Positions 19,821-28,696 of a stretch of DNA of 32,000 bases are shown one piece after another (positions within the stretch are counted from its first letter, which is position 1; the number at the start of each line of letters is the position of its first letter). The DNA is taken from NCBI GenBank assembly GCA_942493105.1, contig OW818668.1, positions 450,001 to 482,000 of the forward strand, read 5' to 3'. The notes below the pieces were generated by a model. That model worked only from the letters and a program-made list of their open reading frames with translations. It was not told the origin of the DNA and searched no databases. This DNA comes from an uncultured Erysipelotrichaceae bacterium (GTDB taxonomy: Bacteria; Bacillota_I; Bacilli_A; Erysipelotrichales; Erysipelotrichaceae). Made by a program: the position numbers and the translations under genes.

Positions 19821-21148
19821 AAGAGATGTTGCTCAATCAAAGCCTGTCGATAACCATCAGCTGCACTAAAGTCTTTATCAGCCTTGGCTTGATTCCATTT
19901 CGCAAACAATTCTTTTTGAGATGATGTTAAAACGATGGGTTTAAAATCAATACCTAAAGTATCCAGCATTTTCCTTAGAGCCCCATAGTGCTTAAGTAGA
20001 ATTTCCTCGGAAATATTTTTTTGACGCTGATCTTGATTCAATGCCTTAATGACATCAAAGATGATCTTCATTCCATTGGGTGTATTTAAATCATCAGATA
20101 CAGCATCTAAGAACTCTTTAACAAAAGTCTCGTCTTGCATCTCTCTCATTCTTTGATTGGCGAGTTCATAGCGTATCTCTACTTGAGTCAAGATCGATTG
20201 GGCTTTTTGAAGTTCAGTTTTGGCTTGTTCAATGACTTCTTCACTGATGTTTAAAGGAGATCTGTAATGAACAGACAACATCATCCATCGAACAGTATTA
20301 GCTCCTACCTTATCGATGACATCTCTGGCACTTAAGACATTGCCGATGGATTTAGACATCTTTTCACCATCGATGTTCAACATCCCATTGTGCATCCAAA
20401 TGTTGGCTAAATCATGATGAAGGCAAGCTTTGGCTTGAGCCAATTCATTCTCATGATGAGGAAACTTCAAATCCATTCCACCCCCATGAATATCGATCTT
20501 ACCGTGGAAATGATGATCGATCATGACCACACATTCCGTATGCCACCCTGGTCTGCCTTTTCCCCAAGGACTGTCCCATTGAATTCCACTGTCAGTTTTC
20601 TTCCATAGACTAAAATCAATCGGAGATTCTTTTTCGGGATCTTCTTCAATGCGTGCTCCAACCATCAAATCATCGATACGTTGTTTAGATATCTCACCAT
20701 AGTTTTCTGACTTCAAAACTCTAAAATAAACATTTCCGTTGATATTATAGGCATAACCTTCATCCACAAGAGCTTTAATGAATCCAATGATCTCATCCAT
20801 CGTTTCAGTGACACTTAGACTGGCTGATAAGGTTCTGGTATTAAGTCTGGATTTAATCACGTTGTAGGCTTTGATATAACGATCTGTGATCGTTTTCTCA
20901 TCAACTTTTTCACTGATGGCTTTATTGATGATCTTATCGTCGACATCGGTATAATTAGATACCATATCCACTTCATAGCCTTGAGCTTCAAAGATCCTTC
21001 TGAGCGTATCAAAAACGATAATGGGTCTGGCATTACCGATATGGATCTCATCGTAAACAGTAGGTCCACATACATACATTTTTACTTTACCCGCTTCAAT
21101 GGGCTTAAACGTTTCAAGTTGGTTTGTTTTTGAGTTAAATAATCTCAT
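19817..21148 (-). CDS. cysS: Cysteine--tRNA ligase
   Basis: 443 aa. It carries the HIGN (HIGH) motif in YVCGPTVYDEIHIGNARP, the KMSKS motif (GEKMSKSIGN), and the WHTEC zinc site. Confidence 0.97.
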   Translation of the reverse strand: MRLFNSKTNQLETFKPIEAGKVKMYVCGPTVYDEIHIGNARPIIVFDTLRRIFEAQGYEVDMVSNYTDVDDKIINKAISEKVDEKTITDRYIKAYNVIKSRLNTRTLSASLSVTETMDEIIGFIKALVDEGYAYNINGNVYFRVLKSENYGEISKQRIDDLMVGARIEEDPEKESPIDFSLWKKTDSGIQWDSPWGKGRPGWHTECVVMIDHHFHGKIDIHGGGMDLKFPHHENELAQAKACLHHDLANIWMHNGMLNIDGEKMSKSIGNVLSARDVIDKVGANTVRWMMLSVHYRSPLNISEEVIEQAKTELQKAQSILTQVEIRYELANQRMREMQDETFVKEFLDAVSDDLNTPNGMKIIFDVIKALNQDQRQKNISEEILLKHYGALRKMLDTLGIDFKPIVLTSSQKELFAKWNQAKADKDFSAADGYRQALIEQHLL

Positions 21149-21167
21149 GGTTCACCTGCTAATAATC

Positions 21168-21176
21168 ATTATATCA
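21168..21176 (-). promoter_or_regulatory. Extended -10 promoter element upstream of cysS
   Basis: Minus strand reads TGaTATAAT. This leaves only about 15-20 nt of leader, containing the AGGTGA SD. No convincing -35 element was found. Confidence 0.45.
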
Positions 21177-21268
21177 TCATCTCAGATCAATAAGAAAGAC
21201 ACGATAAGCATGATTTCCTGTGTCAACATGTTCATTTCAAGTGTATGATTAAATCAAAGGGGATCTTT

Positions 21269-22183
21269 ATGAGCATCACAGAACTTAATTATGTTTCGTC
21301 ATTTGATTCGCAGAAGCTGAAAGCGTATGTTTTTGATGTGGAAAAGCCAAAAGCCTTAGTGGTCATCTTGCATGGCATGGCTGATCATCAGCGTCGATAT
21401 CGACCATTGGCGCTACGCTTAAATGAATCCGGATTTCGTGTATTGACGATTGATCAAAGAGGCCATGGGGAAAGCTTATATGATGGTCATCTTAAAGGCC
21501 ATTTCGCAGATGAAGATGGATGGCTCCATAACCTAGAAGACATCCACAACATCATCCAACAGGTCAATGGAGAAGATTGCTTGCCAATGATCTTATTTGG
21601 ACACAGTATGGGATCGATCGTAGCAAGAAGTTATCTGAGACATTACGGAAATGATTTGCATGCCTTATATTTAAGCGGATCACCGGATGAAAGTCCCATC
21701 GCAGCGATAGGAACTGTGATTGCGAAGGCCGTGGTAGCTTTAAAAGGCAAACGTCATCCTAGTCCATTATTAACGAAGTTATCTTTTGGTCCATTCAATG
21801 CAGGCATTGAAAATCCGAAAACACCCTTTGATTGGGTCAGTGTCGATGAAGAAAACATCATCGCTTATAATCAAGATCCTTTATGTGGATTTGATTGTAC
21901 CGCTAAGATGTTTGTCGACTTGTTAAATGGCATTAAAGAAGTCTATCATACCAAAGATTGGACCATTCATAATCCACAGCTTCCCATCAAACTAGAAAGC
22001 GGAAGACTAGATCCTTGTCATAAACCAAAAGGAATCGAACGAGCAGCCAATCATTTAAATGAGTTGGGTTATCAAAGCGTTGAATATGCCTATGTCGAAG
22101 GATGCCGTCATGAGATCTATAATGATATCTCACGGGAAGAATTGATGGATAGCTTCGTTGAGTGGTGTGAATCAACATTATAA
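21269..22183 (+). CDS. Alpha/beta hydrolase, lysophospholipase/monoacylglycerol lipase-like
   Basis: The track ORF starts at 21245. The ATG at 21269 is preceded by AAAGGGGA. HGMADH forms the oxyanion region, GHSMGS is the nucleophile elbow, and a C-terminal His lies in GCRHEIYND. Confidence 0.85.
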   Translation: MSITELNYVSSFDSQKLKAYVFDVEKPKALVVILHGMADHQRRYRPLALRLNESGFRVLTIDQRGHGESLYDGHLKGHFADEDGWLHNLEDIHNIIQQVNGEDCLPMILFGHSMGSIVARSYLRHYGNDLHALYLSGSPDESPIAAIGTVIAKAVVALKGKRHPSPLLTKLSFGPFNAGIENPKTPFDWVSVDEENIIAYNQDPLCGFDCTAKMFVDLLNGIKEVYHTKDWTIHNPQLPIKLESGRLDPCHKPKGIERAANHLNELGYQSVEYAYVEGCRHEIYNDISREELMDSFVEWCESTL

Positions 22184-22186
22184 AAA

Positions 22187-22208
22187 AAAGGGATCTTACG
22201 ATCCCTTT
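22187..22208. terminator. Bidirectional hairpin terminator between the convergent hydrolase and gap genes
   Basis: The hairpin is AAAGGGATC-TTAC-GATCCCTTT. On the minus strand it is followed by a run of 8 U, which is strong for gap. On the plus strand only TTT follows. Confidence 0.8.
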
Positions 22209-22212
22209 AAAC

Positions 22213-23232
22213 TTATTTAACGAATTTTGCTTGAGTAGCTAAGAACTCAGCTGTTCTAACCAATTGATGGGTATAGGAAGCTTCGTTGTCATACCAAGCA
22301 GCAACTTTAACCAAGCAGACTCCGCCAATATTCTGGACTTTTGTCTGTGTGGCATCAAACAATGAACCAAATGCGATCCCAATAACGTCAGAACTGACGA
22401 TTGGATCTTCGGTATAACCAAAGGATTCATCAGAAGCAGCTTTCATAGCCGCATTGACTTCTTCGATCGTACAAACTTTTTTAACGACGGCAACCAATTC
22501 TGTCAAGGAACCGGTAATGACTGGAACGCGTTGAGCAGATCCATCGAGTTTGCCTTTTAATTCAGGAATGACCAAGCCGATGGCTTTAGCAGCACCGGTT
22601 GAATTCGGAATGATGTTGGCTGCTGCTGCACGAGCACGACGGAGATCGCCGTTTCTATGCGGAGCATCCAAGGTATTTTGATCATTGGTATAAGCATGGA
22701 TGGTGGTCATAGAGCCATTGATAATTTCGAAATTATCATTGAGGCATTTTGCCATCGGAGCCAAGCAGTTTGTGGTACATGAAGCACCAGAGATGATGGT
22801 TTCAGAACCATCTAAGATCGTATGATTGGTATTAAAGACAACGGTTTCAACATCGTCACCTGCAGGAGCAGAGATGATGACTTTACGGGCACCGGCTTTG
22901 ATATGAGCACTAGCCGTGTCTTTCTTAGTAAAGAAACCTGTTGATTCAATAACGACATCAACATTCAATGCTGCCCAAGGCAGAAGTGAAGGATCCTTTT
23001 CCTTTAATACTTTGACGGTGTGTCCATCTACGATGAGATCATCGCCTGAATAAGAAACGGTATGTCCGTCGAAACGACCTTGTGATGTATCATACTTCAA
23101 AAGATGAGCCAAAGTTTTGGCATCGGTCAAGTCGTTGAGCGCGACGATTTCGAATGCCGGATTCCCCCACATAATGCGGAATGCCAAGCGTCCGATACGA
23201 CCAAATCCATTAATCGCAATTCTTGCTGTCAT
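22213..23232 (-). CDS. gap: Type I glyceraldehyde-3-phosphate dehydrogenase
   Basis: The track ORF starts at 23256. The ATG at 23232 ([15 protein letters not shown]) has a GGAGGT SD 5 nt upstream. The active site [10 protein letters not shown] is present. Length is 339 aa. Confidence 0.96.
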   Translation of the reverse strand: MTARIAINGFGRIGRLAFRIMWGNPAFEIVALNDLTDAKTLAHLLKYDTSQGRFDGHTVSYSGDDLIVDGHTVKVLKEKDPSLLPWAALNVDVVIESTGFFTKKDTASAHIKAGARKVIISAPAGDDVETVVFNTNHTILDGSETIISGASCTTNCLAPMAKCLNDNFEIINGSMTTIHAYTNDQNTLDAPHRNGDLRRARAAAANIIPNSTGAAKAIGLVIPELKGKLDGSAQRVPVITGSLTELVAVVKKVCTIEEVNAAMKAASDESFGYTEDPIVSSDVIGIAFGSLFDATQTKVQNIGGVCLVKVAAWYDNEASYTHQLVRTAEFLATQAKFVK

Positions 23233-23261
23233 GTTATACCTCCGTTTTTTTGACAATCTTT

Positions 23262-23290
23262 ATTATAGGTTTATCCCTGCTTATTGTCAA
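23262..23290 (-). promoter_or_regulatory. Consensus sigma-A promoter of gap
   Basis: Minus strand reads TTGACA (23290..23285), a 17-nt spacer, then TATAAT (23267..23262). Both hexamers are perfect. The -35 element overlaps the TGA stop of the upstream surface-protein gene. Confidence 0.8.
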
Positions 23291-24912
23291 TTCATTGACA
23301 AGTCACTTTTAGCTTTTCTAGGCCGTCTTCTAAACAATAAAAGCAAGACTATGATACATGCTTCAAGAATACTCACAAACACAAAGATATAATCTAGTAT
23401 CCCAACAGTTCTTAATTGAGTCTGACTCAAGAAATAAGTTGAGGTATGATCTAAAGCAAATTCAATTTGACCATTCTCAACCACAAGATCTTTTGAAGAA
23501 ACAATCAGTTTATTGTTGGTTTTATCATAGTAATAAAGCGTTACTTTATCACCATCTTTATATATCGAGGAAACATAAAGTCTTAAGGTCGTGTTATCAG
23601 GCAAAGCTGTATTTTCTTCAAAATTCAACAAAATGCCTTTCGCATAATTGGTCAGTTCATCGATGTCTGCTTTATCTTCAGATTCAAATAAGACCAAGGT
23701 TTTAATGATGGTCGCATTGGTTATTTTAGAACCATCGATATACCACTCATAAATCGTCTTGCCTTCGACTTTATATACGACCACCAGAGTCTTTCCGCTG
23801 GTTTTAAGTGCTTCTAAGATTTCTATACTGATTTGCCCATTTGATGGAGCATTTAGTCCAATGGTTGGGGTAGTTACGTTCAATAGGGCTTCTATAATCT
23901 CATCTTCATCAACAGTTGGTACATCTGAACTTCGATTCACAGTAATCTTATAAGTCTTTACTGAACCGCTTTCTGCAGTCACAACGATCGTGATCGTATT
24001 AGGACCCACGATAAGTGGAGCTTTTGTTATTTTGACGTCTGATTTAGAATCTTCAGCCTTAGCTGTCAAGGTGATGTCTGTTACCAGATTTCCAACTTCC
24101 AGAGTATATTCTAATTGATCTTTGTTAAACGCTGAATTGAATGCATCAAAGCCTTCGATATGTATCTCTTTGAGATTATTGTTTGTAGAAGGAGGTGAAG
24201 CCAAGCCATTCGCATCTTTACGTTGAACAGTGATTGAATAGGTCCGTTTTGAACCATTTTCAGCCGTAACAACGATATTGAATTCATTGCTATAAACAGA
24301 GAGACTTTTAGTTCCTGTTCCAGATACCGATGAACGGCTATCTTCTGGTGTAGCAGCGATTTGAATTGAAGAGACACTATTTTCTACGACTACTGTATAG
24401 TTGCTTGTTGATTTATTGAAATTTAATGTACCACTAGATACAGTAAGCGCTTTTAAATAAGTATTATCGGATACCATTTTGACGCTGTCTGATCTTGTAG
24501 ATGTGTCATTGATGTCTGATGTTCCGTTAGAGTACTGAATGTCTTTAATGCTAAAAACAGCGGTTTGTCCTAATGCAAAAGTGGTTTTTGCCTTAAAGAC
24601 AATAGAAGCAATCCCAAAAGTACCTGATTTTGGAGTCGCTTTATCAACCACTATTTTTGACCCCAAGGTTAAGGTAAAACCATTTAAACCAGTAGAAGAA
24701 ACAATCGATACCTTACTGGATTCATAAGTAAACGTAGCCGAGAACCCCATCATGTTTGTAACATTAGCGACTCCTACCGTTACAGTAAATTGTTGTCCTG
24801 CCGTAATTTGACTAGGTGCTGATATGGTTCCTGTAAAAGTCGCTGCTTTAACAGGTTGTATTGGTGATAAGAGAAGAAATAGGGTAAACAGTACAGGCAA
24901 TAGTTTTTTCAT
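23287..24912 (-). CDS. Secreted, membrane-anchored surface protein with a cohesin-like domain, two cadherin-like beta-sandwich repeats and a C-terminal TM anchor
   Basis: 541 aa. The signal peptide is MKKLLPVLFTLFLLLSPIQPVKA. Residues 24-135 are cohesin-like (GQQFTVTVGVANVTNMMGFSATFTYESSKV). Residues 150-231 and 244-327 are homologous repeats (L[KE]..-...Y(T)(VL)-V...V..I...A....S.V....-...I.V.AE.GS..TY.ITV.R). The C-terminal TM is ILDYIFVFVSILEACIIVLLLLF followed by RRRPRK. There is no LPXTG motif. Confidence 0.75.
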   Translation of the reverse strand: MKKLLPVLFTLFLLLSPIQPVKAATFTGTISAPSQITAGQQFTVTVGVANVTNMMGFSATFTYESSKVSIVSSTGLNGFTLTLGSKIVVDKATPKSGTFGIASIVFKAKTTFALGQTAVFSIKDIQYSNGTSDINDTSTRSDSVKMVSDNTYLKALTVSSGTLNFNKSTSNYTVVVENSVSSIQIAATPEDSRSSVSGTGTKSLSVYSNEFNIVVTAENGSKRTYSITVQRKDANGLASPPSTNNNLKEIHIEGFDAFNSAFNKDQLEYTLEVGNLVTDITLTAKAEDSKSDVKITKAPLIVGPNTITIVVTAESGSVKTYKITVNRSSDVPTVDEDEIIEALLNVTTPTIGLNAPSNGQISIEILEALKTSGKTLVVVYKVEGKTIYEWYIDGSKITNATIIKTLVLFESEDKADIDELTNYAKGILLNFEENTALPDNTTLRLYVSSIYKDGDKVTLYYYDKTNNKLIVSSKDLVVENGQIEFALDHTSTYFLSQTQLRTVGILDYIFVFVSILEACIIVLLLLFRRRPRKAKSDLSMN

Positions 24913-25002
24913 GGGTCTCCAAAAATTTCTTAATTCATAGTGTTATTATAACGCATTGATGTAAAAAACAGTAAAATCACTTCTTTTCACACAGGACATT
25001 GT

Positions 25003-25983
25003 TTATCGATTAGGAATCTCGCCTTTTAAAAATGCACGTCTTTTTCTAAATTGAAGGATAGGTGCATCCCCAGGAATTAAGTTTTCACCCATGATGAACT
25101 CTGTCTTTTTAGGTAGTTGTGTTAATACGACATGGCGATCTTGGTGAAGGATATGCTTGTTTGAAATCTTAGAAAGACTGTTGACGAGTTGTTTTAAGCC
25201 GGGTACTTTCATGAAGCTTTGATAGAATCTAAGATAAAGCATGGTATGTTCATCATCGATTGGGGCAAAAACAGCAACGATCCGTATTTTATCGCTGATG
25301 ATGTTTTGCCAAAGATTGGGCATTTGTAGTTGTAAACTGAACAGATTCTTATAATTAGGGATATCACTGGCTTTTTTAGCTGTGATCTTTCCATCATCCA
25401 CCACATTATCCACATAGAACGTCATGAGGTTATCAACCCATTCAACGACAGGTCCATTAACAACTGTTCTGTTACCTCTGCCAATCGAATCTGTATGTAC
25501 AAAAGGCAAGTGAACGACATCCAATTGATTTTCTACAGCGCGGGTATAATGAACGTTCCAGACTTCATGAAATCCACCATAAGAAAACCCTTCTCTTAAT
25601 TCTTTAAAGAAAGGAATTTCTGGTGTTTCATCTTTAGGATCACCATTCCATAACCAAATCAATCCATATTTTTCAACTGCTTTATAAGCGTTGACTTTAT
25701 AACGTTCTGAAATCGCAGCTGCTTTTCCATTGGCTGGAATCAAAACCACTTTACCTGAGGCATCATAAGCAAAGCCGTGGAATGGACAGTAGACATGATC
25801 ATCTTTTACTTTGCCTGCAGAAAGTGCAGCCCCTCTGTGACAACATTTATCTGCGATACACGATATTGACCCATCTGTGTTGCGCCATAAAACCAACTTT
25901 TCACTTAAGCGAGTGACTCCAATAGGTTTTGAACCTTTAAGTTCATTAGAATCTAAAATGCCATACCATAGGTTTTTAATCAT
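25003..25983 (-). CDS. Rieske [2Fe-2S] non-heme iron oxygenase, PaO/CAO/VanA-like class
   Basis: 326 aa. The Rieske motif is CCHRGAALSAGKV...CPFHGF (CxH-x17-CxxH). The mononuclear iron motif is ENQLDVVHLPFVH. AAAGGAGCACG SD upstream, 12 nt after the SDR stop. Confidence 0.85.
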   Translation of the reverse strand: MIKNLWYGILDSNELKGSKPIGVTRLSEKLVLWRNTDGSISCIADKCCHRGAALSAGKVKDDHVYCPFHGFAYDASGKVVLIPANGKAAAISERYKVNAYKAVEKYGLIWLWNGDPKDETPEIPFFKELREGFSYGGFHEVWNVHYTRAVENQLDVVHLPFVHTDSIGRGNRTVVNGPVVEWVDNLMTFYVDNVVDDGKITAKKASDIPNYKNLFSLQLQMPNLWQNIISDKIRIVAVFAPIDDEHTMLYLRFYQSFMKVPGLKQLVNSLSKISNKHILHQDRHVVLTQLPKKTEFIMGENLIPGDAPILQFRKRRAFLKGEIPNR

Positions 25984-25995
25984 ATCGTGCTCCTT

Positions 25996-26781
25996 TTAAA
26001 TCAACTTTCTTTTCTTAAGCGGTGAACTGAGTAAACGCCAGCCTGCTTTCATATTGGATAACCACACAAGATGGGCATCGTTTTTTGTATTGCTTAAGAT
26101 CTTTGGGACAAAGAAGTCCGCGACGGTTTCTGGAAGATCACCCAGATTATTGAATATAAACTGGAAGTTTTTACTTTGTAGGACTTCTGAAGTTTGACCA
26201 TCAGGTGCTTTCGTAATGAAATCAGTCAACATCATGCCTGGAGATAAACGTCCTATCAAGACAGGTGTTCCTTGAAGTTCTTTTGCAAGTCCTTTTGTGA
26301 AATACGTCAAGGCATGCTTGGTCGTACCATACAAGACTGTTTTAACTTGGATCATGTTGTTTGAACCTAATCCTTCCATGTTCCAAATCTGTCCATGGCC
26401 TTGTTTGAGCATGTTTCTTGTCGCAACTTGTGAGCCATAAATCATCCCTGTTATATTGGTTGCGATCACCGCATGGGTATCTGAAGCATTGGTTTCATGA
26501 ATTAAAAGATGAGGTGCATTTTGACCCGCATTGTTGATCCAACAATCCACAGAACCCCAATGCTCAAAAGCTTTCTCCCATAATCGTTCGAGTTGACCAA
26601 TATCTTGAACATTACAGCTTACATATTGGATTTGAGTTGAATATTCCTTAAGTTCATCCATTAATGATGGATTTGCTTCATAACGTCCACTTAAAGTGAC
26701 GTTACATCCTGCTTTTAGAAATGCTTTTGCCATAGCCAATCCGATGCCTCTGCTGCTGCCTGTGATGACGATGTTTTTCAT
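25996..26781 (-). CDS. Short-chain dehydrogenase/reductase (classical SDR)
   Basis: 261 aa. It carries TGSSRGIG (TGxxxGxG), NNAG, and the catalytic S...YGTTK motif. AAAGGACAGG SD upstream. Confidence 0.9.
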   Translation of the reverse strand: MKNIVITGSSRGIGLAMAKAFLKAGCNVTLSGRYEANPSLMDELKEYSTQIQYVSCNVQDIGQLERLWEKAFEHWGSVDCWINNAGQNAPHLLIHETNASDTHAVIATNITGMIYGSQVATRNMLKQGHGQIWNMEGLGSNNMIQVKTVLYGTTKHALTYFTKGLAKELQGTPVLIGRLSPGMMLTDFITKAPDGQTSEVLQSKNFQFIFNNLGDLPETVADFFVPKILSNTKNDAHLVWLSNMKAGWRLLSSPLKKRKLI

Positions 26782-26814
26782 AAACCTGTCCTTTGAGTTC
26801 TATAAACCATATAA

Positions 26815-26844
26815 AACACGAACATTAAAATAAGTGTTCGTGTT
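26815..26844 (-). terminator. Perfect 10-bp hairpin between the GNAT and SDR genes (possible terminator or processing site)
   Basis: AACACGAACA (26815-26824) pairs with TGTTCGTGTT (26835-26844) around a 10-nt loop. On the minus strand it is followed by UUUAUAUGGUUUAU, a weak U tract. Confidence 0.5.
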
Positions 26845-26852
26845 AATAAATC

Positions 26853-27770
26853 TTATGCATTCTCTCTGATCCAAAATGGAGCTTTAAAGGCATGCAGGGC
26901 TTCTTTGGTGCTCTTGACATTAAGTTTGAAGTGTTGATTAAACAAAGCTAAATCGTTGATCCTAAGCGAAGTATAGGTCTTAAGTTCCATTGGACAATTA
27001 GGTAATAGACGACTTAAATCCTCAGCTTGAGAAACTTTTAAAAGTAAATGAGGATTAGAATTGCCTAAAGCACTTAAAAGCGTCATCAAAGATTTTGTAT
27101 CGGTATATAGGATCTCATCGATATCGATGTGTGAGGCATGGGGATAAATCATCGCATACGCTTTCAAAACATTGTCTGAAGTATACGATATGAACCTGCC
27201 TTTTTGAGCTTTAACTTCTTCAATCAATATTTTAAAGTCATTTAGATTTCTTAATGGGTTTCCATTAAAATGTTGGGTAAACTGATCGTATAGTTGCTTC
27301 ATCGCAAAAGGATCTTCATGAAAACTGACACCTGTTGAACTCATGATGGGGATTGCTTTTTGATCAACGATAAACTGTCTTCTAAAGTAAGCATCTTCAA
27401 ATCCAAAAGGCACATAGGCTTGTTCTTTATACCCTTGAATCAAAGTAAAAAGCTCAGTTGCGGATAAGATCTCAAGGACCCCATCCAACAGCTGATGCAT
27501 ATAACCTTTATGTTGATGCTTAGGAACTGTGATGATCCCTACGATAAAACTGGCTCTGTATCGTTCTTGATTGAACACAAGCACTTTAGAATGCACATTT
27601 AAACAAGATACGAGTTCATCTTGTTCGTCTGCCAACACATAGGTTTTTGCGGAAGGATATAAGAACTGAAAGTAGAAATCAGTATAGCCTCCATCATCAA
27701 AGGCAAAGATCTCTTTCCATAAGTTATAAATCACACGTTCTTCTGTGGGTTTAGCCAATCTTAGTTTCAT
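26853..27770 (-). CDS. GNAT family acetyltransferase, Eis/COG4552-like multi-domain architecture
   Basis: 305 aa. The N-terminal GNAT core is FIVGIITVPKHQHKGYMHQLLDGVL...YVPFGFE. It is followed by a second GNAT-like segment and a C-terminal segment, as in Eis-type enzymes. The family call is from motif recall, not from a search. Its ATG overlaps the DUF2156 stop (ATGA). Confidence 0.6.
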   Translation of the reverse strand: MKLRLAKPTEERVIYNLWKEIFAFDDGGYTDFYFQFLYPSAKTYVLADEQDELVSCLNVHSKVLVFNQERYRASFIVGIITVPKHQHKGYMHQLLDGVLEILSATELFTLIQGYKEQAYVPFGFEDAYFRRQFIVDQKAIPIMSSTGVSFHEDPFAMKQLYDQFTQHFNGNPLRNLNDFKILIEEVKAQKGRFISYTSDNVLKAYAMIYPHASHIDIDEILYTDTKSLMTLLSALGNSNPHLLLKVSQAEDLSRLLPNCPMELKTYTSLRINDLALFNQHFKLNVKSTKEALHAFKAPFWIRENA

Positions 27771-28696
27771 GTCAGTTCCTTGATTCTATATTTTTCAATC
27801 ATGGACAATGGATCTAATGCTCTTTTGGCTTGTCTTAAGGACTCCAGTCCCATATCATCTTCTCGATTGACTAAAATTGCATCAAGATAATAAGTATTAA
27901 GATACGCTACTTCTATGGCCTGATAGATCCCTCTAATGGATGGATCTCCTTTTTCAATGTTGATTTGAACCATACGCGAAGAACTCTTCGTGCCAATCAA
28001 GAAGGCTTTGATTTCATTGTCGATTCTTAGCAATAAACCTTTACATGGCAATTGTCCGATCAGATCCAAGATCCCAAAGACCCCTTCTTTTTCATATAAG
28101 AAATATTCATCTGTTTCATCGGTCTTCCATAAAGCTAAGAAAGCTTTGACTTCATCTTTATTGTCTTGGGTGATTTCTTCAGTTACAACTCTTCCATGAT
28201 TGGTTCTAAGAAAAGCATTATAGTGATTGCGTCGTTTTTGAAGTTTGCCGCCTGATAAAGTTCTAAGTTTTTCACGATCATAAACATAGTCAGAAGCTTC
28301 ACATTCCATGATGGCGACTGTATTGGGTAATAAAGCCAACGCTTTATCCTTTTCTTTCTGGGTAAAACAACTCAGTTCAAATGGAATCTGATAAAAGGCA
28401 AAGATACTTTTAGCTTTTAATATGGCTTCATCAAAGTATTTCGGTTCACACAAAGGCATGTAGGTAAAAAACTTATCTTTATGGACCCCTAAAAGTAATA
28501 TGTAATGTTCATGGGTATATTTCCATAAAGGATATTGTTTGATCCACTGAAAGAAATTAACGATATTATGGTTGCTTTCTTCATAATCTGCTTTTAAAAG
28601 ATAATGATGAATTAAGGGTATGTCTTGGGTCGTTACAGGGATAAAGTCGGCATCATTTAGATCCATCAGATTCACTTCTTTCTGTATAACTGGCAT
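27767..28696 (-). CDS. DUF2156 protein (homolog of the C-terminal aminoacyl-tRNA-dependent transferase domain of MprF/aa-PG synthases)
   Basis: About 300-310 aa. The N-terminal pattern is F.PVT..D..L...YL......SNHNIVNFFQW. The size and tandem-GNAT-like layout fit standalone LPG_synthase_C (DUF2156) proteins as I recall the family. The start is ambiguous among TTG 28699, ATG 28696 and ATG 28666. All three overlap the end of the upstream small gene. Confidence 0.6.
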   Translation of the reverse strand: MPVIQKEVNLMDLNDADFIPVTTQDIPLIHHYLLKADYEESNHNIVNFFQWIKQYPLWKYTHEHYILLLGVHKDKFFTYMPLCEPKYFDEAILKAKSIFAFYQIPFELSCFTQKEKDKALALLPNTVAIMECEASDYVYDREKLRTLSGGKLQKRRNHYNAFLRTNHGRVVTEEITQDNKDEVKAFLALWKTDETDEYFLYEKEGVFGILDLIGQLPCKGLLLRIDNEIKAFLIGTKSSSRMVQINIEKGDPSIRGIYQAIEVAYLNTYYLDAILVNREDDMGLESLRQAKRALDPLSMIEKYRIKELT

